Origin: a virus
Length of the DNA: 46,666 nt
Virus genome (UHGV): UHGV-0105104
Direction: 5' to 3' (one strand)
Shown: in pieces, positions 8,783 through 18,126 of the stretch
Numbering within the stretch: position 1 is the first letter of the stretch
Layout of the letters: every line of letters starts with the position of its first letter
The notes under the pieces: generated by a model
The model's input: only the letters and a program-made list of their open reading frames with translations
What the model was told of the DNA's origin: nothing
Database searches by the model: none
Made by a program: the position numbers and the translations under genes

Positions 8783-9727
8783 TCAGGTGGCTTTCTTGTG
8801 TGTATCCTGCCATGCTTCGCGCTGCTTATCGAGCCTTTCCTGCGTCTTCTCAAGTATCACAGGCCTGCCATCCATTATCAGCGCCGGAGTCTGCGCGCAG
8901 TGACAATTCCTGCGGTTTGCTCCTTCGCTGTAGAACTCATCAATCTCTTCCGGGGTGTAATACTTTCCATGACGTGCGGCATGAGTGACGCGGGTGGTTT
9001 TCATAAGCGCCGACTGCCAGAGCATGATGGTATCCATATCCAGCGTGACCTGTGCCTCCTTAACTTCGCGCCTGTTAGCCTCGCGCAGGGTGTTGGTGAT
9101 TTCAGTCTGAGCAATGGAGCGCGCATAGCTCCTTGATACGTCCATGCGGTTAACGATGTTTTGCTCAACCACTCCAGGAGCGTCGCCATTTGCAATGCCA
9201 GCAGTGATGACCTCTGCCACCTGTTGCCGCGTGTAATCAGAGAGGCCACCCCAGTCATTATACGTGCGCGTATACGCAAGTTGAAGCCTGTCGAGATACG
9301 GCTGAGAGTACAGGATTTCAGCAAGCGGCCTGCTGTCTTTGTATGCCGACGACAGGTCGCCAAGGTCTGAGTTTGCCTTCTGCGTACCGGCATACATGGC
9401 ATCGCTGACATAGGACGAGGCCCATAGCCTTCCGTGCGTGAAATCGTCACCTTCCAGCAGCTGACCATCAAGAATGCGCTGAAGTTCATCAAAGAATGTC
9501 GATGCGCGGTATGCGGAGAAATCATAATAATAATTTCTAGCCTCAGCATTGCCGGTCGCCACAGGAATCGTGCGGAACAACTCGGCAACCTGCGATTTTA
9601 GCGTCACATATCTGGCGTCAACATCGCGCACCATCTTATTGACGCGACCCACTGCGCCGAGTGGGTCTGTCAGGCTCATGCTTAATTTTGGCTGCGGAAG
9701 CCGGGCATTAATTTTGAGGAGGCGCAT
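8783..9727 (-). CDS. head morphogenesis protein, phage Mu gpF / SPP1 gp7 family
   Basis: Sits after the portal gene. C-terminal ...[13 protein letters not shown]...NCHCAQTP matches the MuF-family Cys/His motif. Start uncertain (9727 or 9679). Confidence 0.6.
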   Translation of the reverse strand: MRLLKINARLPQPKLSMSLTDPLGAVGRVNKMVRDVDARYVTLKSQVAELFRTIPVATGNAEARNYYYDFSAYRASTFFDELQRILDGQLLEGDDFTHGRLWASSYVSDAMYAGTQKANSDLGDLSSAYKDSRPLAEILYSQPYLDRLQLAYTRTYNDWGGLSDYTRQQVAEVITAGIANGDAPGVVEQNIVNRMDVSRSYARSIAQTEITNTLREANRREVKEAQVTLDMDTIMLWQSALMKTTRVTHAARHGKYYTPEEIDEFYSEGANRRNCHCAQTPALIMDGRPVILEKTQERLDKQREAWQDTHKKAT

Positions 9728-11156
9728 CGGTCTGGCCCTGCTGTTGGTCTTGCTGCGATTGCTGGTCTTGCTGTTGACCTTCCTGCAATCCCTCAGGAAG
9801 CTGCTCCTCCAGAGGCTCCATGCCAACAATGCCGCGCATCTCATCGGCGGTCATCAGGGCCATCTGGCCTGCGTCGAATACGGATTTATTTGCAGTGGCA
9901 AGTTTAACCAGCAGCTCGGCCTTATTCAGCTCGGAAGGTGCAAGCAGGTCATCCCATTTGCAGTAATAGCCGCTCTCTGGCGCCTTATCCAGGATGCCAA
10001 AGGAAATCATCCGGTCAATGAATACCGAGATGATGTAATCCAGCCAGTCCTCGCGGCGCTGTTTGGCGCTCATGGCGTCGTCGGTCTTATCCTCATCTGA
10101 TGCGAGGCGGCCAGTCTGCTGACCAAACAGGATGGTGAATGGCTTCTTGATGGATGCTGCAAACTGGTTGGCCGCAATAGTCCAGGTTGGGCTTGGGTCT
10201 GCTGGCGTCACTGAGAGCACTTTGACATCAGCGCCCATCGTGAACATCGCCGCGTCAATCGCCTCGTTCAGGCGCGCCACATCCTCATTGAGCACATCTG
10301 CCAGTTCTTCCAGCGGAACACCCATTTGCTGTGCCAGAGACTGAGCGGAAACGCTGTCTTTATTATAATTAACGTTGAGCTGCCGACTGGCATTCTTCAG
10401 GAAGCCCTCGGCGCTTGAGCCGGTTACTTTCGCCATGTCGATGAGGTGGTTGTACCCAGCACGCAGAAGCGGAACGCCAGAGTAAATGGAGCCATCCATC
10501 GCACCCTCAGCAAATACGATAATGCGATCGGGATGAATGCTCAGGTAGCGCGTTGGTTTGCCGTCGCTGTTGCAGGCGCCGACTACCGACTCCTGATATT
10601 CGTACATCTTCGGCTGACCATAGTCTTCGCTGGCTTCGTCATTTTCCCATTCACTGACGCGGAGCTGCTCTTCCCACGCCGGAATGTAGCGGACAATGGC
10701 AGCATCCTTGATGCGTTTTGTTTTCGTGGCGTCTACCGGCTCATTCCACTGCTTTCCATCACGGATTTGCAGGATGAGTCCGGAATAGCGGTTGATGAGG
10801 TTGCGGCGGTCTGCATCCTTGATGAATGGCGCAGCGCGCTTAAACAGCTTATTGGCTGCTTTCTCCCACGGGGTGCTTGCTTTATCATCAGCGCCTTCCT
10901 GAAGGATTTGCGGCGGAGTCTGCCAGCACTTATCGAGGACACGGTTGACGCCAGCGGTTGCCGGTGCATAGCGCTCATAGGCATAGCGGAACATCTCGGC
11001 GGTGATTTCTTCAGGGTAGCCGCATTCGAGCCACAGCCTGTCGTGTTTGTGGTCGATATTGGCGCCGCCAAACTCCCGACGCTGCCGCTCGATGAGCCTG
11101 TTATTGTTCGCCACTCGCTGCTGAATATAGGCGTTTACCGCCTCTAACTTTGACAT
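9708..11156 (-). CDS. portal protein
   Basis: 482 aa, between TerL and the MuF-like gene, with an acidic/Gln-rich C-terminal tail; call is positional plus size. Confidence 0.55.
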   Translation of the reverse strand: MSKLEAVNAYIQQRVANNNRLIERQRREFGGANIDHKHDRLWLECGYPEEITAEMFRYAYERYAPATAGVNRVLDKCWQTPPQILQEGADDKASTPWEKAANKLFKRAAPFIKDADRRNLINRYSGLILQIRDGKQWNEPVDATKTKRIKDAAIVRYIPAWEEQLRVSEWENDEASEDYGQPKMYEYQESVVGACNSDGKPTRYLSIHPDRIIVFAEGAMDGSIYSGVPLLRAGYNHLIDMAKVTGSSAEGFLKNASRQLNVNYNKDSVSAQSLAQQMGVPLEELADVLNEDVARLNEAIDAAMFTMGADVKVLSVTPADPSPTWTIAANQFAASIKKPFTILFGQQTGRLASDEDKTDDAMSAKQRREDWLDYIISVFIDRMISFGILDKAPESGYYCKWDDLLAPSELNKAELLVKLATANKSVFDAGQMALMTADEMRGIVGMEPLEEQLPEGLQEGQQQDQQSQQDQQQGQTDAPPQN

Positions 11157-11211
11157 TTCGTCACCATAAAAAATCCCATCGCATGGATGGGATTATAGCA
11201 TGGCGGGTTGG

Positions 11212-11490
11212 TTATTGTGGTGAGACACAAAGGCCAGCGGAATCTATCCACCTACTCACTATATCTTGCGCAAACTTCATTGCCTCTGACTCGCTTGGAT
11301 GTTTACTGTTTGTAAATTTATCCTTCATCCCGGGCATATGTACTTCGCATCGATATTTTTCACTGGCATCTTTTGGTGATGAATTATAAGTAACTGTTGC
11401 AACATGAAACTTACCAAGAAAAATACGCATTGAATGAGGTCCATATCTTTGCTCTCGCTTTCTCCACTCCATCACTTCACCTCTACGCAT
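11212..11490 (-). CDS. hypothetical protein
   Basis: 92 aa ORF upstream of portal. Confidence 0.3.
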   Translation of the reverse strand: MRRGEVMEWRKREQRYGPHSMRIFLGKFHVATVTYNSSPKDASEKYRCEVHMPGMKDKFTNSKHPSESEAMKFAQDIVSRWIDSAGLCVSPQ

Positions 11491-11653
11491 TGCAAATTGT
11501 TAATATTTGGACTTGCATCACGCCACGTCCGTCTTTCCTCAGCTATTTTCATCGCCGTAATGGCCGCCCCGCACTGCTCCATACTTTGCATCGGCACCAC
11601 CTGCATATTGGACGTGTTGCTTGTGATTACGAATATCAGGAAGAAATACGACA

Positions 11654-11875
11654 TCACTTCACCTCATCATCAACCAGCGACCGGAACAATGCGGGATATG
11701 ACTTCGCGCCGAGTTTATAGTCAACATTCTGAATGTAACGTGCCGCATCATCCAGCTTATCGGAAAGATAATAAAGCGACTTTCTTGCGCCAATAAGCAT
11801 GGCAGCGAATATCAGCATCACAATCAGGTGCGGGTTGATGATGCAGAACAGGGTTGTTTTGACGGCTTTCATCAC
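11654..11875 (-). CDS. hypothetical membrane protein
   Basis: 73 aa with a hydrophobic N-terminal half. Confidence 0.3.
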   Translation of the reverse strand: MMKAVKTTLFCIINPHLIVMLIFAAMLIGARKSLYYLSDKLDDAARYIQNVDYKLGAKSYPALFRSLVDDEVK

Positions 11876-12060
11876 TCCACCTTTTCGAATTTGTCTATTA
11901 CTACTTTGATGCCTTGGTCTTTTAATTCCTGCACGCTACCCTCAGACCAAAACTCAGCAAGCGCAGCAACTGCATTAGCAGCAGTTACCACTTTACCGAC
12001 CTTCTCGGCAACACAGCCATTTCTGAGAATGGCTTCCGCGTGAATAAAGTAAATGCTCAT
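11872..12060 (-). CDS. hypothetical protein
   Basis: ATG at 12060 shares its A with the upstream TGA (TGATG). Confidence 0.3.
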   Translation of the reverse strand: MSIYFIHAEAILRNGCVAEKVGKVVTAANAVAALAEFWSEGSVQELKDQGIKVVIDKFEKVE

Positions 12061-12221
12061 CACTCAATCTCCTCGCCATCAACCCAGCGTTGCAGGACTT
12101 CGATAAGCTGTGCGGCCTGGTGTTTGTCAATTTGAATCCACTCCCCAAACTGCCTTAAATCTGCGTTTCTATCCGCCTTAACTGTTATTGCGTTGCATTC
12201 ATGCGCTTCTTCAATAATCAT
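12060..12221 (-). CDS. small hypothetical protein (53 aa)
   Basis: Not in the ORF track; MIIEEAHECNAITVKADRNADLRQFGEWIQIDKHQAAQLIEVLQRWVDGEEIE; ATGA overlap with the upstream gene. Confidence 0.3.
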   Translation of the reverse strand: MIIEEAHECNAITVKADRNADLRQFGEWIQIDKHQAAQLIEVLQRWVDGEEIE

Positions 12222-12457
12222 AAATCACCACCCTCATCGTTATTTAACTCAACATTCCGAAAGAAATCATTAATCGTCTTCAGGCCACTATAACCACGGC
12301 GCCGCTGTAACTCACACAGCACTTCATCATACATACGCAGCAGGATAGCCTCATCAACATCGTACCTTTCGCACAGCGCCTCATCAGACACACCAGCTCT
12401 TGCGAGTGAGTATATTTTTTCCTTCTGCTCCCACGAAAAAGACGAGTATGCCTTCAT
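12218..12457 (-). CDS. hypothetical protein
   Basis: 79 aa; first gene after the divergent promoter region at 12458-12546. Confidence 0.35.
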   Translation of the reverse strand: MKAYSSFSWEQKEKIYSLARAGVSDEALCERYDVDEAILLRMYDEVLCELQRRRGYSGLKTINDFFRNVELNNDEGGDL

Positions 12458-12490
12458 GATGCCCCCGGTGATGTAGTTATGTCAATGCGC

Positions 12491-12525
12491 CTTGACGTAG
12501 ATTCTAGCATGGCGTAGATTAAAAT
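12491..12525 (+). promoter_or_regulatory. promoter of island C with tandem GACGTAGATT / GGCGTAGATT elements
   Basis: ttGACGTAGATTctagcatgGCGTAGATTaaaatg, 22-56 nt upstream of the ATG at 12547. Confidence 0.4.
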
Positions 12526-12546
12526 GAAACCTCTCGGAGAAATCTT

Positions 12547-12837
12547 ATGAAATGTGTCATTTTCGAGCTTGATGGCGTGCTGCGCGATGCGGAAGGAAAT
12601 GCTATTGCTGGTAACGTTGCGCTGGCTAAGTCGCTGTACTCTGCCGGTCACGACATCCTAATCATGAGGGCAAAGCATGCGTATGAGTGGCTGCATGCTA
12701 ACGATGTTTTCTATGATGACATCATGGCATCCCATCAGCAGATTGATGCAGAAAGGGTGGCGATTGCGGTCGTGTCTAATGACGTGATTTATGCCGCCAT
12801 GCGCAACGCGGGGATTCATTGCTGGCTTTATAAATAG
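12547..12837 (+). CDS. hypothetical protein with HAD-like N-terminal motif (FELDGVL)
   Basis: 96 aa; motif resembles HAD motif I but with Glu in place of the nucleophilic Asp, so no enzymatic call; followed by a hairpin at 12837-12852. Confidence 0.35.
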   Translation: MKCVIFELDGVLRDAEGNAIAGNVALAKSLYSAGHDILIMRAKHAYEWLHANDVFYDDIMASHQQIDAERVAIAVVSNDVIYAAMRNAGIHCWLYK

Positions 12838-12857
12838 ACCCCTGCTGGGGTCTCATC

Positions 12858-15392
12858 TCATCTCCTGCTCCTTCTAATCCATCCAGAGCCACGCTGTACG
12901 ATGTGATCGTTGCATGCATATCTGATTGCGTCAATGAAGTGGTTCCACGCATCCACAATATTTGTGAGCACGTTACCCGTCAGCTTGTCCACCTTGTAAC
13001 TGTACATAGTGAACTCTTCCTGAGTCTGTGTGCAGCGGTCATGAATGATGATGCTGTCGCAACCCCTGAGCCAGGTTACACCCTCCTCCACGCTCCCGGG
13101 CCACTTATTGCATGGATGGATATCAAATCCTGCGCGTTTGATGTGACTGATTGTTTCTGGCCGAGAGCAGTCCCCATACCATCTTGCCTTCCTGGAGAGT
13201 GGGAATGATTGCTCCATCGCTGTAGGTGTGTCGGTAATCTCAAGGCCTACACGGCCGTATTCGCGCGCGACGTAAAGGTTGCGGCGGTCATCAGGAAGTT
13301 TCTCAATGTAAACCTCAACCATCGCCGTTGCGTCCTGCGAGAATCCAAAGTCGATGCCAAAGTAAGGCCCATGCCATTCCGGCTTAACCTCGAAATCAGC
13401 AACGCGCCACTTACCGCCAAATACCTGCTCATCATTACGCTTGTTAAAGCGACCGCCCCACACCCATTGATAGCGGTCGAAGTCGGTCTCTTTCATGCGT
13501 TGCATTTGGCTGGGTAGGGGAGTATCCCAGAACCACGGATTGTCTGAGTAATTACACTCGATAATCAGGTTTTCATCATCCTCATAGATGCCGCCATTTT
13601 CGCGCAATTTATTATAAAAAGGCTCAACCCATATTTTCCACGTCGGGTCATGCTCTTTATTTGGGTTGAAAGTCACCCATATCTCTGACCCTTCAGCGCG
13701 GACTGTTGGGGTGAGGATTTCCCAGCTTGTCTGGCTGACGTTTTCCGCCTCCTCGACCCAAGCTACTGTAATGCCAGCGAAGCCTTTAACGGTCGTCTGG
13801 TTGCGATACAGCCCCTTAAATCTGAATTTTGCCTTCGTGCCTTTGTGGGTTATCTCATTATTGATGACGCGAAACTCTTTCGTTTCTCCCTTGCGATCAA
13901 TTTCGTCCTTCAGTTCCTGATATGAGCTATCTTCAATGGACTGCTGAATCTCACGAAAACAAGCTATCCTGTCAGGCTTAAAGCGTGCACGCTCCGTAAG
14001 TATTGTTGTTACTGTCCTTGTTTTTCCGCTGTTGTGTGTAACCGTGCCATCAGCAAGCAAGAAAAGATGATCGCCATCAAGAGTGAACCCAGCGTATTCA
14101 CCATGCCCGGCATAAGACAATGACACCTCAGTCATCTTTCCTCGTGTTGACTTGGTTTTCTCTGCTATCTTTCTTTTTACTCGGCATGGGATTGTGTGAA
14201 GGTCCCCGCTAACGAACACCTCCCATACGTCCTTTTCGTATATTCTTTTCTCACCTTTATATTCAAAGGTGACATCAGTCTTTTTGATTATGCTTGACTT
14301 GAAGCCAAGCGATCTTGCCACATCCATCAAAGAGAAGGCCATTTCTTTATTTATTGATGTGAAAGAATAGCTTTTCTTTTTCTGGTCATAATGCGAATCA
14401 GTATCCAATAGCCCAGCCAGAATCTGAAGTCTTACCTCTCTGCTGTTTTTGATATAGCAGTCAGGTATGTGTTTATTATTAATCACCCCAAGCTGCTGCA
14501 TTTTAGTTAGTAACGGGTTGGTGTTCTTCCCCATGCCAGCAGCTCGACCATTAGTTATCGCATAGACAGGGCATCTATCATCGTCGCGAACCTTTACCTG
14601 CATCCCGTATTGTCTTGCCACGTTGTGAATGTAGTCAACTATCTCTGGATCAGGCGTGCACACTTCAACACCACGAGATGAACCATCACCTAACCATAAA
14701 CCAAGAAAGTACGGGTCAACTGGGACGCTTTGGTCATTAAAATCCCATCCTGTTCGCCACCCTTTAAAGACATGGCGGAACTTTTTGGAAGTTGCGCGCG
14801 ACAAATATTCTGAAACACCAATATTCAGTATTTCAGGTTCATTCGGGTAATAACGATAAATTCTTTTACCATCCGGTGTTTTTGTCTCGTCACTGATAGC
14901 AGATGGAATCTTTCGTAATGACAGTATGTGACTTGAGTTGACAGTGTAGTCATCAGCATATTTTTGATGAACCGTATACATGTCATCAAACCCCCGACAG
15001 ATGTTTAAAACATTTCGTGGTTTACTGTCTGGACCCATAACCTTATCGCCAACAACGATATCCTCTACGCGTTTTAGGCTACCATCAAACATCCTCACCA
15101 TCGTGCCGATGGCTAAGCATCCGCGCCCGCCAAACACAATCTTATTTCGCTTGGGGTAAAGTAGCTTTTCCAGCTTTTCTGGTATCAGGTGATCAACGCC
15201 AATATCAGAGTCGCTAACGTCATCAACTCCGCTTTGCGTCATTTTGAGTTTGCGAACAATCTGCTTATCTGTATTAACAACACCGAACACCGCAGATTCA
15301 GGCGCATCAATCACGCCATCGCCAATAATCTCTTCGAGTTTTTCAATTGCTGGTGCTGACAGTCTTTTGCGTGACATATATAGATTCCTCAT
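12858..15392 (-). CDS. terL: terminase large subunit interrupted by an in-frame intein
   Basis: Walker A is split as VFGGRG | intein | SGKTRT. Terminase nuclease/ATPase context downstream. Likely true start at ATG 15377 (GAGGA Shine-Dalgarno). 844 aa precursor, ~481 aa after splicing. Confidence 0.85.
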   Translation of the reverse strand: MRNLYMSRKRLSAPAIEKLEEIIGDGVIDAPESAVFGVVNTDKQIVRKLKMTQSGVDDVSDSDIGVDHLIPEKLEKLLYPKRNKIVFGGRGCLAIGTMVRMFDGSLKRVEDIVVGDKVMGPDSKPRNVLNICRGFDDMYTVHQKYADDYTVNSSHILSLRKIPSAISDETKTPDGKRIYRYYPNEPEILNIGVSEYLSRATSKKFRHVFKGWRTGWDFNDQSVPVDPYFLGLWLGDGSSRGVEVCTPDPEIVDYIHNVARQYGMQVKVRDDDRCPVYAITNGRAAGMGKNTNPLLTKMQQLGVINNKHIPDCYIKNSREVRLQILAGLLDTDSHYDQKKKSYSFTSINKEMAFSLMDVARSLGFKSSIIKKTDVTFEYKGEKRIYEKDVWEVFVSGDLHTIPCRVKRKIAEKTKSTRGKMTEVSLSYAGHGEYAGFTLDGDHLFLLADGTVTHNSGKTRTVTTILTERARFKPDRIACFREIQQSIEDSSYQELKDEIDRKGETKEFRVINNEITHKGTKAKFRFKGLYRNQTTVKGFAGITVAWVEEAENVSQTSWEILTPTVRAEGSEIWVTFNPNKEHDPTWKIWVEPFYNKLRENGGIYEDDENLIIECNYSDNPWFWDTPLPSQMQRMKETDFDRYQWVWGGRFNKRNDEQVFGGKWRVADFEVKPEWHGPYFGIDFGFSQDATAMVEVYIEKLPDDRRNLYVAREYGRVGLEITDTPTAMEQSFPLSRKARWYGDCSRPETISHIKRAGFDIHPCNKWPGSVEEGVTWLRGCDSIIIHDRCTQTQEEFTMYSYKVDKLTGNVLTNIVDAWNHFIDAIRYACNDHIVQRGSGWIRRSRR
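14031..15119 (-). mobile_element. intein with LAGLIDADG homing-endonuclease domain inserted in the TerL P-loop
   Basis: Begins with Cys (CLAIGTMV) directly after GGRG and ends THN followed by Ser (SGKT). Two LAGLIDADG motifs (YFLGLWLGDGSS and LQILAGLLDTDSHY). Removing the 363 codons restores GGRGSGKT. Confidence 0.8.
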
Positions 15393-15476
15393 CAGGGCAT
15401 CATTGAAGTGAATGCGGCAGGCGGTGATGAGTCGCTTTTCGGGTGCCCCCTAGCCGCATTAATTATTATAAATCAG

Positions 15477-15920
15477 TTACTGTTGCTGCTCCAGTAATTT
15501 CTCCAGTCGCTCAAGTCGAGCGGCGAGTTCGGTTAACTCTTTCACGTCAAGACCAACCTTAATCATAGACACAACCTGAGACGCAACATCAATGGGAAGC
15601 TCACCAAGCGAGACTGACTGAATGACATCTTCAATCTGCTGCACTGGTGTTGCACCCTTCTGATATTTGAACTCAACAGGAGGGGCCATTGTCTTCTGCA
15701 TTGGGCTAATGCGAAGAAATATTTCTTTCAGCATTTGCACGCCCTGAGTCGGGTTTTCCTCAGTCATCTTGATTGACGTCCTGATGAATGCGTCAAGGAA
15801 CTCCTCCTCACCAAGCCCACAACGCTTTAATGCTTCAATAAGCCTGTTTCTGTAGCTTAAACCTCTTCCTGCTGGCTGGTATTCAGCAGAAAACTTCATA
15901 ATCGGATTTGGATTTGCCAT
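15477..15920 (-). CDS. terS: terminase small subunit (putative)
   Basis: 147 aa ORF directly upstream of TerL with a C-terminal coiled coil; positional call. Confidence 0.45.
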   Translation of the reverse strand: MANPNPIMKFSAEYQPAGRGLSYRNRLIEALKRCGLGEEEFLDAFIRTSIKMTEENPTQGVQMLKEIFLRISPMQKTMAPPVEFKYQKGATPVQQIEDVIQSVSLGELPIDVASQVVSMIKVGLDVKELTELAARLERLEKLLEQQQ

Positions 15921-15969
15921 GTCGTTTTCGTCTTTTCGTAAACCGAATACAAGTATATTAACACATGGC

Positions 15970-15997
15970 GTAGATAAAAAGAACCCGCCGAAGCGGG
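15970..15997 (-). terminator. rho-independent terminator (minus strand) upstream of the TerS promoter
   Basis: Minus strand reads cccgc-ttcg-gcggg then TTCTTTTTAT; the GGCGTAGATAAAAAG element is adjacent. Confidence 0.5.
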
Positions 15998-16192
15998 TTA
16001 AAGGGTGGTGGGTGATGATTGATGTAATGATTGTACATCAGTTTTCGCATAACACCAAACATTACAGTTATTGCTTTGAACATGGACCACCTCAATCGCA
16101 TCAGGAAATGCTTTGGCGATTGCTGCTATGAAGTGGTCAACGCCTTCAATTTGCGCCTTCTTCCACACATCCTGCTTTGATTTTTGCGGCAT
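15998..16192 (-). CDS. hypothetical protein
   Basis: 64 aa; TAATG coupling to the upstream ORF. Confidence 0.3.
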   Translation of the reverse strand: MPQKSKQDVWKKAQIEGVDHFIAAIAKAFPDAIEVVHVQSNNCNVWCYAKTDVQSLHQSSPTTL

Positions 16193-16350
16193 TACTGATA
16201 CCTCGTCGTTGAGTACATATGCCGAAGCATGCTGTTATGTTCAACCACCATCATCATGCTACCAACCTGAATGACGGCATGATGCTTACCAGTCTCCTCA
16301 TAAAGAAAGTCGGCTTCTTCGCATGCTGCCTGAATATCGCTCCACAGCAT
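16192..16350 (-). CDS. small hypothetical protein (52 aa)
   Basis: Not in the ORF track; MLWSDIQAACEEADFLYEETGKHHAVIQ...; coupled. Confidence 0.25.
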   Translation of the reverse strand: MLWSDIQAACEEADFLYEETGKHHAVIQVGSMMMVVEHNSMLRHMYSTTRYQ

Positions 16351-16353
16351 AAA

Positions 16354-16446
16354 TCACCTCACAATAAACCAGATAGCTAACGCAACAACAATCCAGAATG
16401 CCAGAAGTGATGCGGCAATAATCCTGCGGATGAGGTAGGGTTTCAT
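16354..16446 (-). CDS. 30-aa transmembrane peptide
   Basis: MKPYLIRRIIAASLLAFWIVVALAIWFIVR; ATGA overlap with the upstream gene. Confidence 0.25.
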   Translation of the reverse strand: MKPYLIRRIIAASLLAFWIVVALAIWFIVR

Positions 16447-16943
16447 GGCTTACCTCCGTTGAGCATGGCGGCGGTGATATTTCTTTTTAGGAGGTTAATA
16501 CTTTTCAAAGTATCATCCTCAAGCGTCGAGCCTTTGTAACCAGCTGAATGTGCTTCAGCTCGCTTATGGTGGTACCTTAATGAAGCAATACATTTTCTTA
16601 TCGCGTCATGGAATGACCTCTCTTCCTCCTCAAGCGCAGCAACATGGGCTTCTGTTAGAGATACCGGCGCTGGCTGCGCGTGGTAGGCGCGTAGTGCTTC
16701 TATTGCCGCCTGAATCACTGCTTTGTTACCAATCGCCATGTTAGGCCACAACAAACCCTCAAGAGCATCCGCTATACGGATATTTTCTGCCACCGGCTCG
16801 CTGTCCATTGCGGCCAGCCTGAATGCAGCCATCTGAACGCACAGCTTTGCAACCTTGAGGTATTTTTCCTCTTTAATTGAGAGCTCACCACTGCTCTCAA
16901 GGTTTTTAATAATTTCCTGAACTTCGTTAATTTCGATATCCAT
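16443..16943 (-). CDS. hypothetical protein
   Basis: 166 aa acidic ORF. Confidence 0.35.
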   Translation of the reverse strand: MDIEINEVQEIIKNLESSGELSIKEEKYLKVAKLCVQMAAFRLAAMDSEPVAENIRIADALEGLLWPNMAIGNKAVIQAAIEALRAYHAQPAPVSLTEAHVAALEEEERSFHDAIRKCIASLRYHHKRAEAHSAGYKGSTLEDDTLKSINLLKRNITAAMLNGGKP

Positions 16944-16949
16944 AAATCC

Positions 16950-17228
16950 TCACTTAACCGCCTGCAAACGCTCAAGCTCACGCATCAGTGCAGATACACG
17001 GCGTTGCCGCAAAGTCTCTGCATGCTCTTTTGCCTGCTGCTCATCAAGCCAGTATTCACCACGTTTAAAGTAAACATCGCCAACTACAGCTACCTGGCCA
17101 TCAGCAAATAGCTGTGCGCTTTCGTACTTTTGAATGCCACGGGTCAGCGCGTACTTCGTGACCCATATAGTCTCGGCGCTTGCCGAGTTAGCGATAACCA
17201 GTAAAACCACTGCCAGTAATTTATTCAT
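16950..17228 (-). CDS. secreted protein with signal peptide
   Basis: MNKLLAVVLLVIANSASA|ETIW...; early position in the late operon. Confidence 0.4.
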   Translation of the reverse strand: MNKLLAVVLLVIANSASAETIWVTKYALTRGIQKYESAQLFADGQVAVVGDVYFKRGEYWLDEQQAKEHAETLRQRRVSALMRELERLQAVK

Positions 17229-17243
17229 CGTTGCTAAACCGGT

Positions 17244-17444
17244 TTAGTTTCCACCAGATGACACAATGACTTGCTCGAGTGTTCTGTGCTTGCCTTCGCC
17301 ACTAAAGACGCGACAGACGCGATTACCGTTGCTGTATGCATGCATCGCCTGAGCCATCATAAAGTTTTGCGCTTTCACTGCGCCCATTTCTGGTTCCAGT
17401 TGAGTGCGCGTGTAGATTGCTTTGGTCATTCTTTGATTCTCCAT
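17244..17444 (-). CDS. hypothetical protein
   Basis: 66 aa ORF. Confidence 0.3.
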   Translation of the reverse strand: MENQRMTKAIYTRTQLEPEMGAVKAQNFMMAQAMHAYSNGNRVCRVFSGEGKHRTLEQVIVSSGGN

Positions 17445-17641
17445 TCAGCGTGTTCACATTCAGGATATAAACAAAATGCTGAATTCCCATTGTCGTCTAC
17501 TATTTCAAATCCTATATCGCTGCTGACGTAGCCAAATCTTCCATTGTCGCCTTTTCCTGCTACAACTTCATACGATTTTCCATTAGTAAGATATTCACTT
17601 CTCTTTGCGTCAACGCACTCAACCACATCGCCCTTCTTCAT
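17426..17641 (-). CDS. hypothetical protein (first gene of the leftward operon)
   Basis: 71 aa; ATG 25 nt downstream of the predicted transcription start. Confidence 0.35.
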   Translation of the reverse strand: MKKGDVVECVDAKRSEYLTNGKSYEVVAGKGDNGRFGYVSSDIGFEIVDDNGNSAFCLYPECEHAEWRIKE

Positions 17642-17672
17642 TCTTCATCACCTCGTTGTTGTTGGTGTGGTA

Positions 17673-17701
17673 ACTATACGATGGCTCTCAATCTACGTCA
17701 A
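17673..17701 (-). promoter_or_regulatory. leftward (late-operon) promoter TTGACG-N17-TATAGT with TAGATTGAG core
   Basis: Reverse complement of 17688-17701 is TTGACGTAGATTGA; -10 TATAGT is the reverse complement of 17673-17678; spacer 17 nt. Confidence 0.5.
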
Positions 17702-17743
17702 TATGATGGTGAAAATAAATATATCACTGTACATTATTACAGT

Positions 17744-18008
17744 GTTCCCGCTGTTCCCAACCGTTCCCGCACGAGTTCCCCGAATTTATTGTTATATATC
17801 AACGAGTTCCCGAGTTCCCAGCTTTTTCCTTAGAAATGAATTTTCCCAAAAATTAGAAATTCTATTTTTACTAATAAAAACAACAACATCTATTAAAGGT
17901 ATATATTACTTTTTTACTAGAGGAATTCCCGGGGAACTCGGGAACTCCTCTGCAAGCCTTGCCACGCGCGGCCTGAGAGTTCCCAAATGCGCGGGAACTC
18001 TTGGGAAC
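17744..18008. repeat. iteron array: 11 copies of GTTCCC/GGGAAC (extended GAGTTCCC) in both orientations around a ~90 bp AT-rich core; candidate replication origin or regulator-binding array
   Basis: Direct copies at 17744, 17753, 17763, 17775, 17816, 17824, 17979. Inverted copies at 17932, 17940, 17993, 18003. GGAATTCC palindrome at 17923. 17830-17920 is roughly 80% A+T. Confidence 0.55.
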
Positions 18009-18058
18009 TGGTTAAAAATTGACCAATATACATACTGAGTCGATGCCGGTGGTTTATG

Positions 18059-18104
18059 TAGATTAAATGGTTTGCGCGAGTGCAGATTGTTCAGTACAAT
18101 CTGT
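18059..18104 (+). promoter_or_regulatory. early promoter TTGCGC-N17-TACAAT with a perfect palindrome CAGATTG-N7-CAATCTG over the -10, plus an upstream GTAGATTAAATGG element
   Basis: -35 at 18072-18077, -10 at 18095-18100. Palindrome at 18083-18103. AGGAGG at 18115-18120. ATG at 18127. Confidence 0.5.
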
Positions 18105-18126
18105 ATAACGCAAGAAGGAGGAAGCT

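Noticed and set aside
8714-11147. Plus-strand ORFs overlapping the MuF and portal genes (8714..9136, 9549..10100, 10446..11147) and minus-strand 9001..9588 and 10733..11071
   Set aside because: Shadow ORFs inside well-supported structural genes on the opposite strand or frame.
12547-12837. HAD-family phosphatase call for the FELDGVL protein
   Set aside because: Nucleophile position is Glu not Asp and the protein is only 96 aa; left as hypothetical.
15378-15392. First ATG of the TerL ORF as the start
   Set aside because: No RBS; the GAGGA Shine-Dalgarno lies inside those codons and serves the ATG at 15377.
17744-18008. Possible CRISPR array because of short repeats
   Set aside because: Repeat unit is only 6-8 bp, irregularly spaced and in both orientations; this is iteron/operator architecture, not CRISPR.
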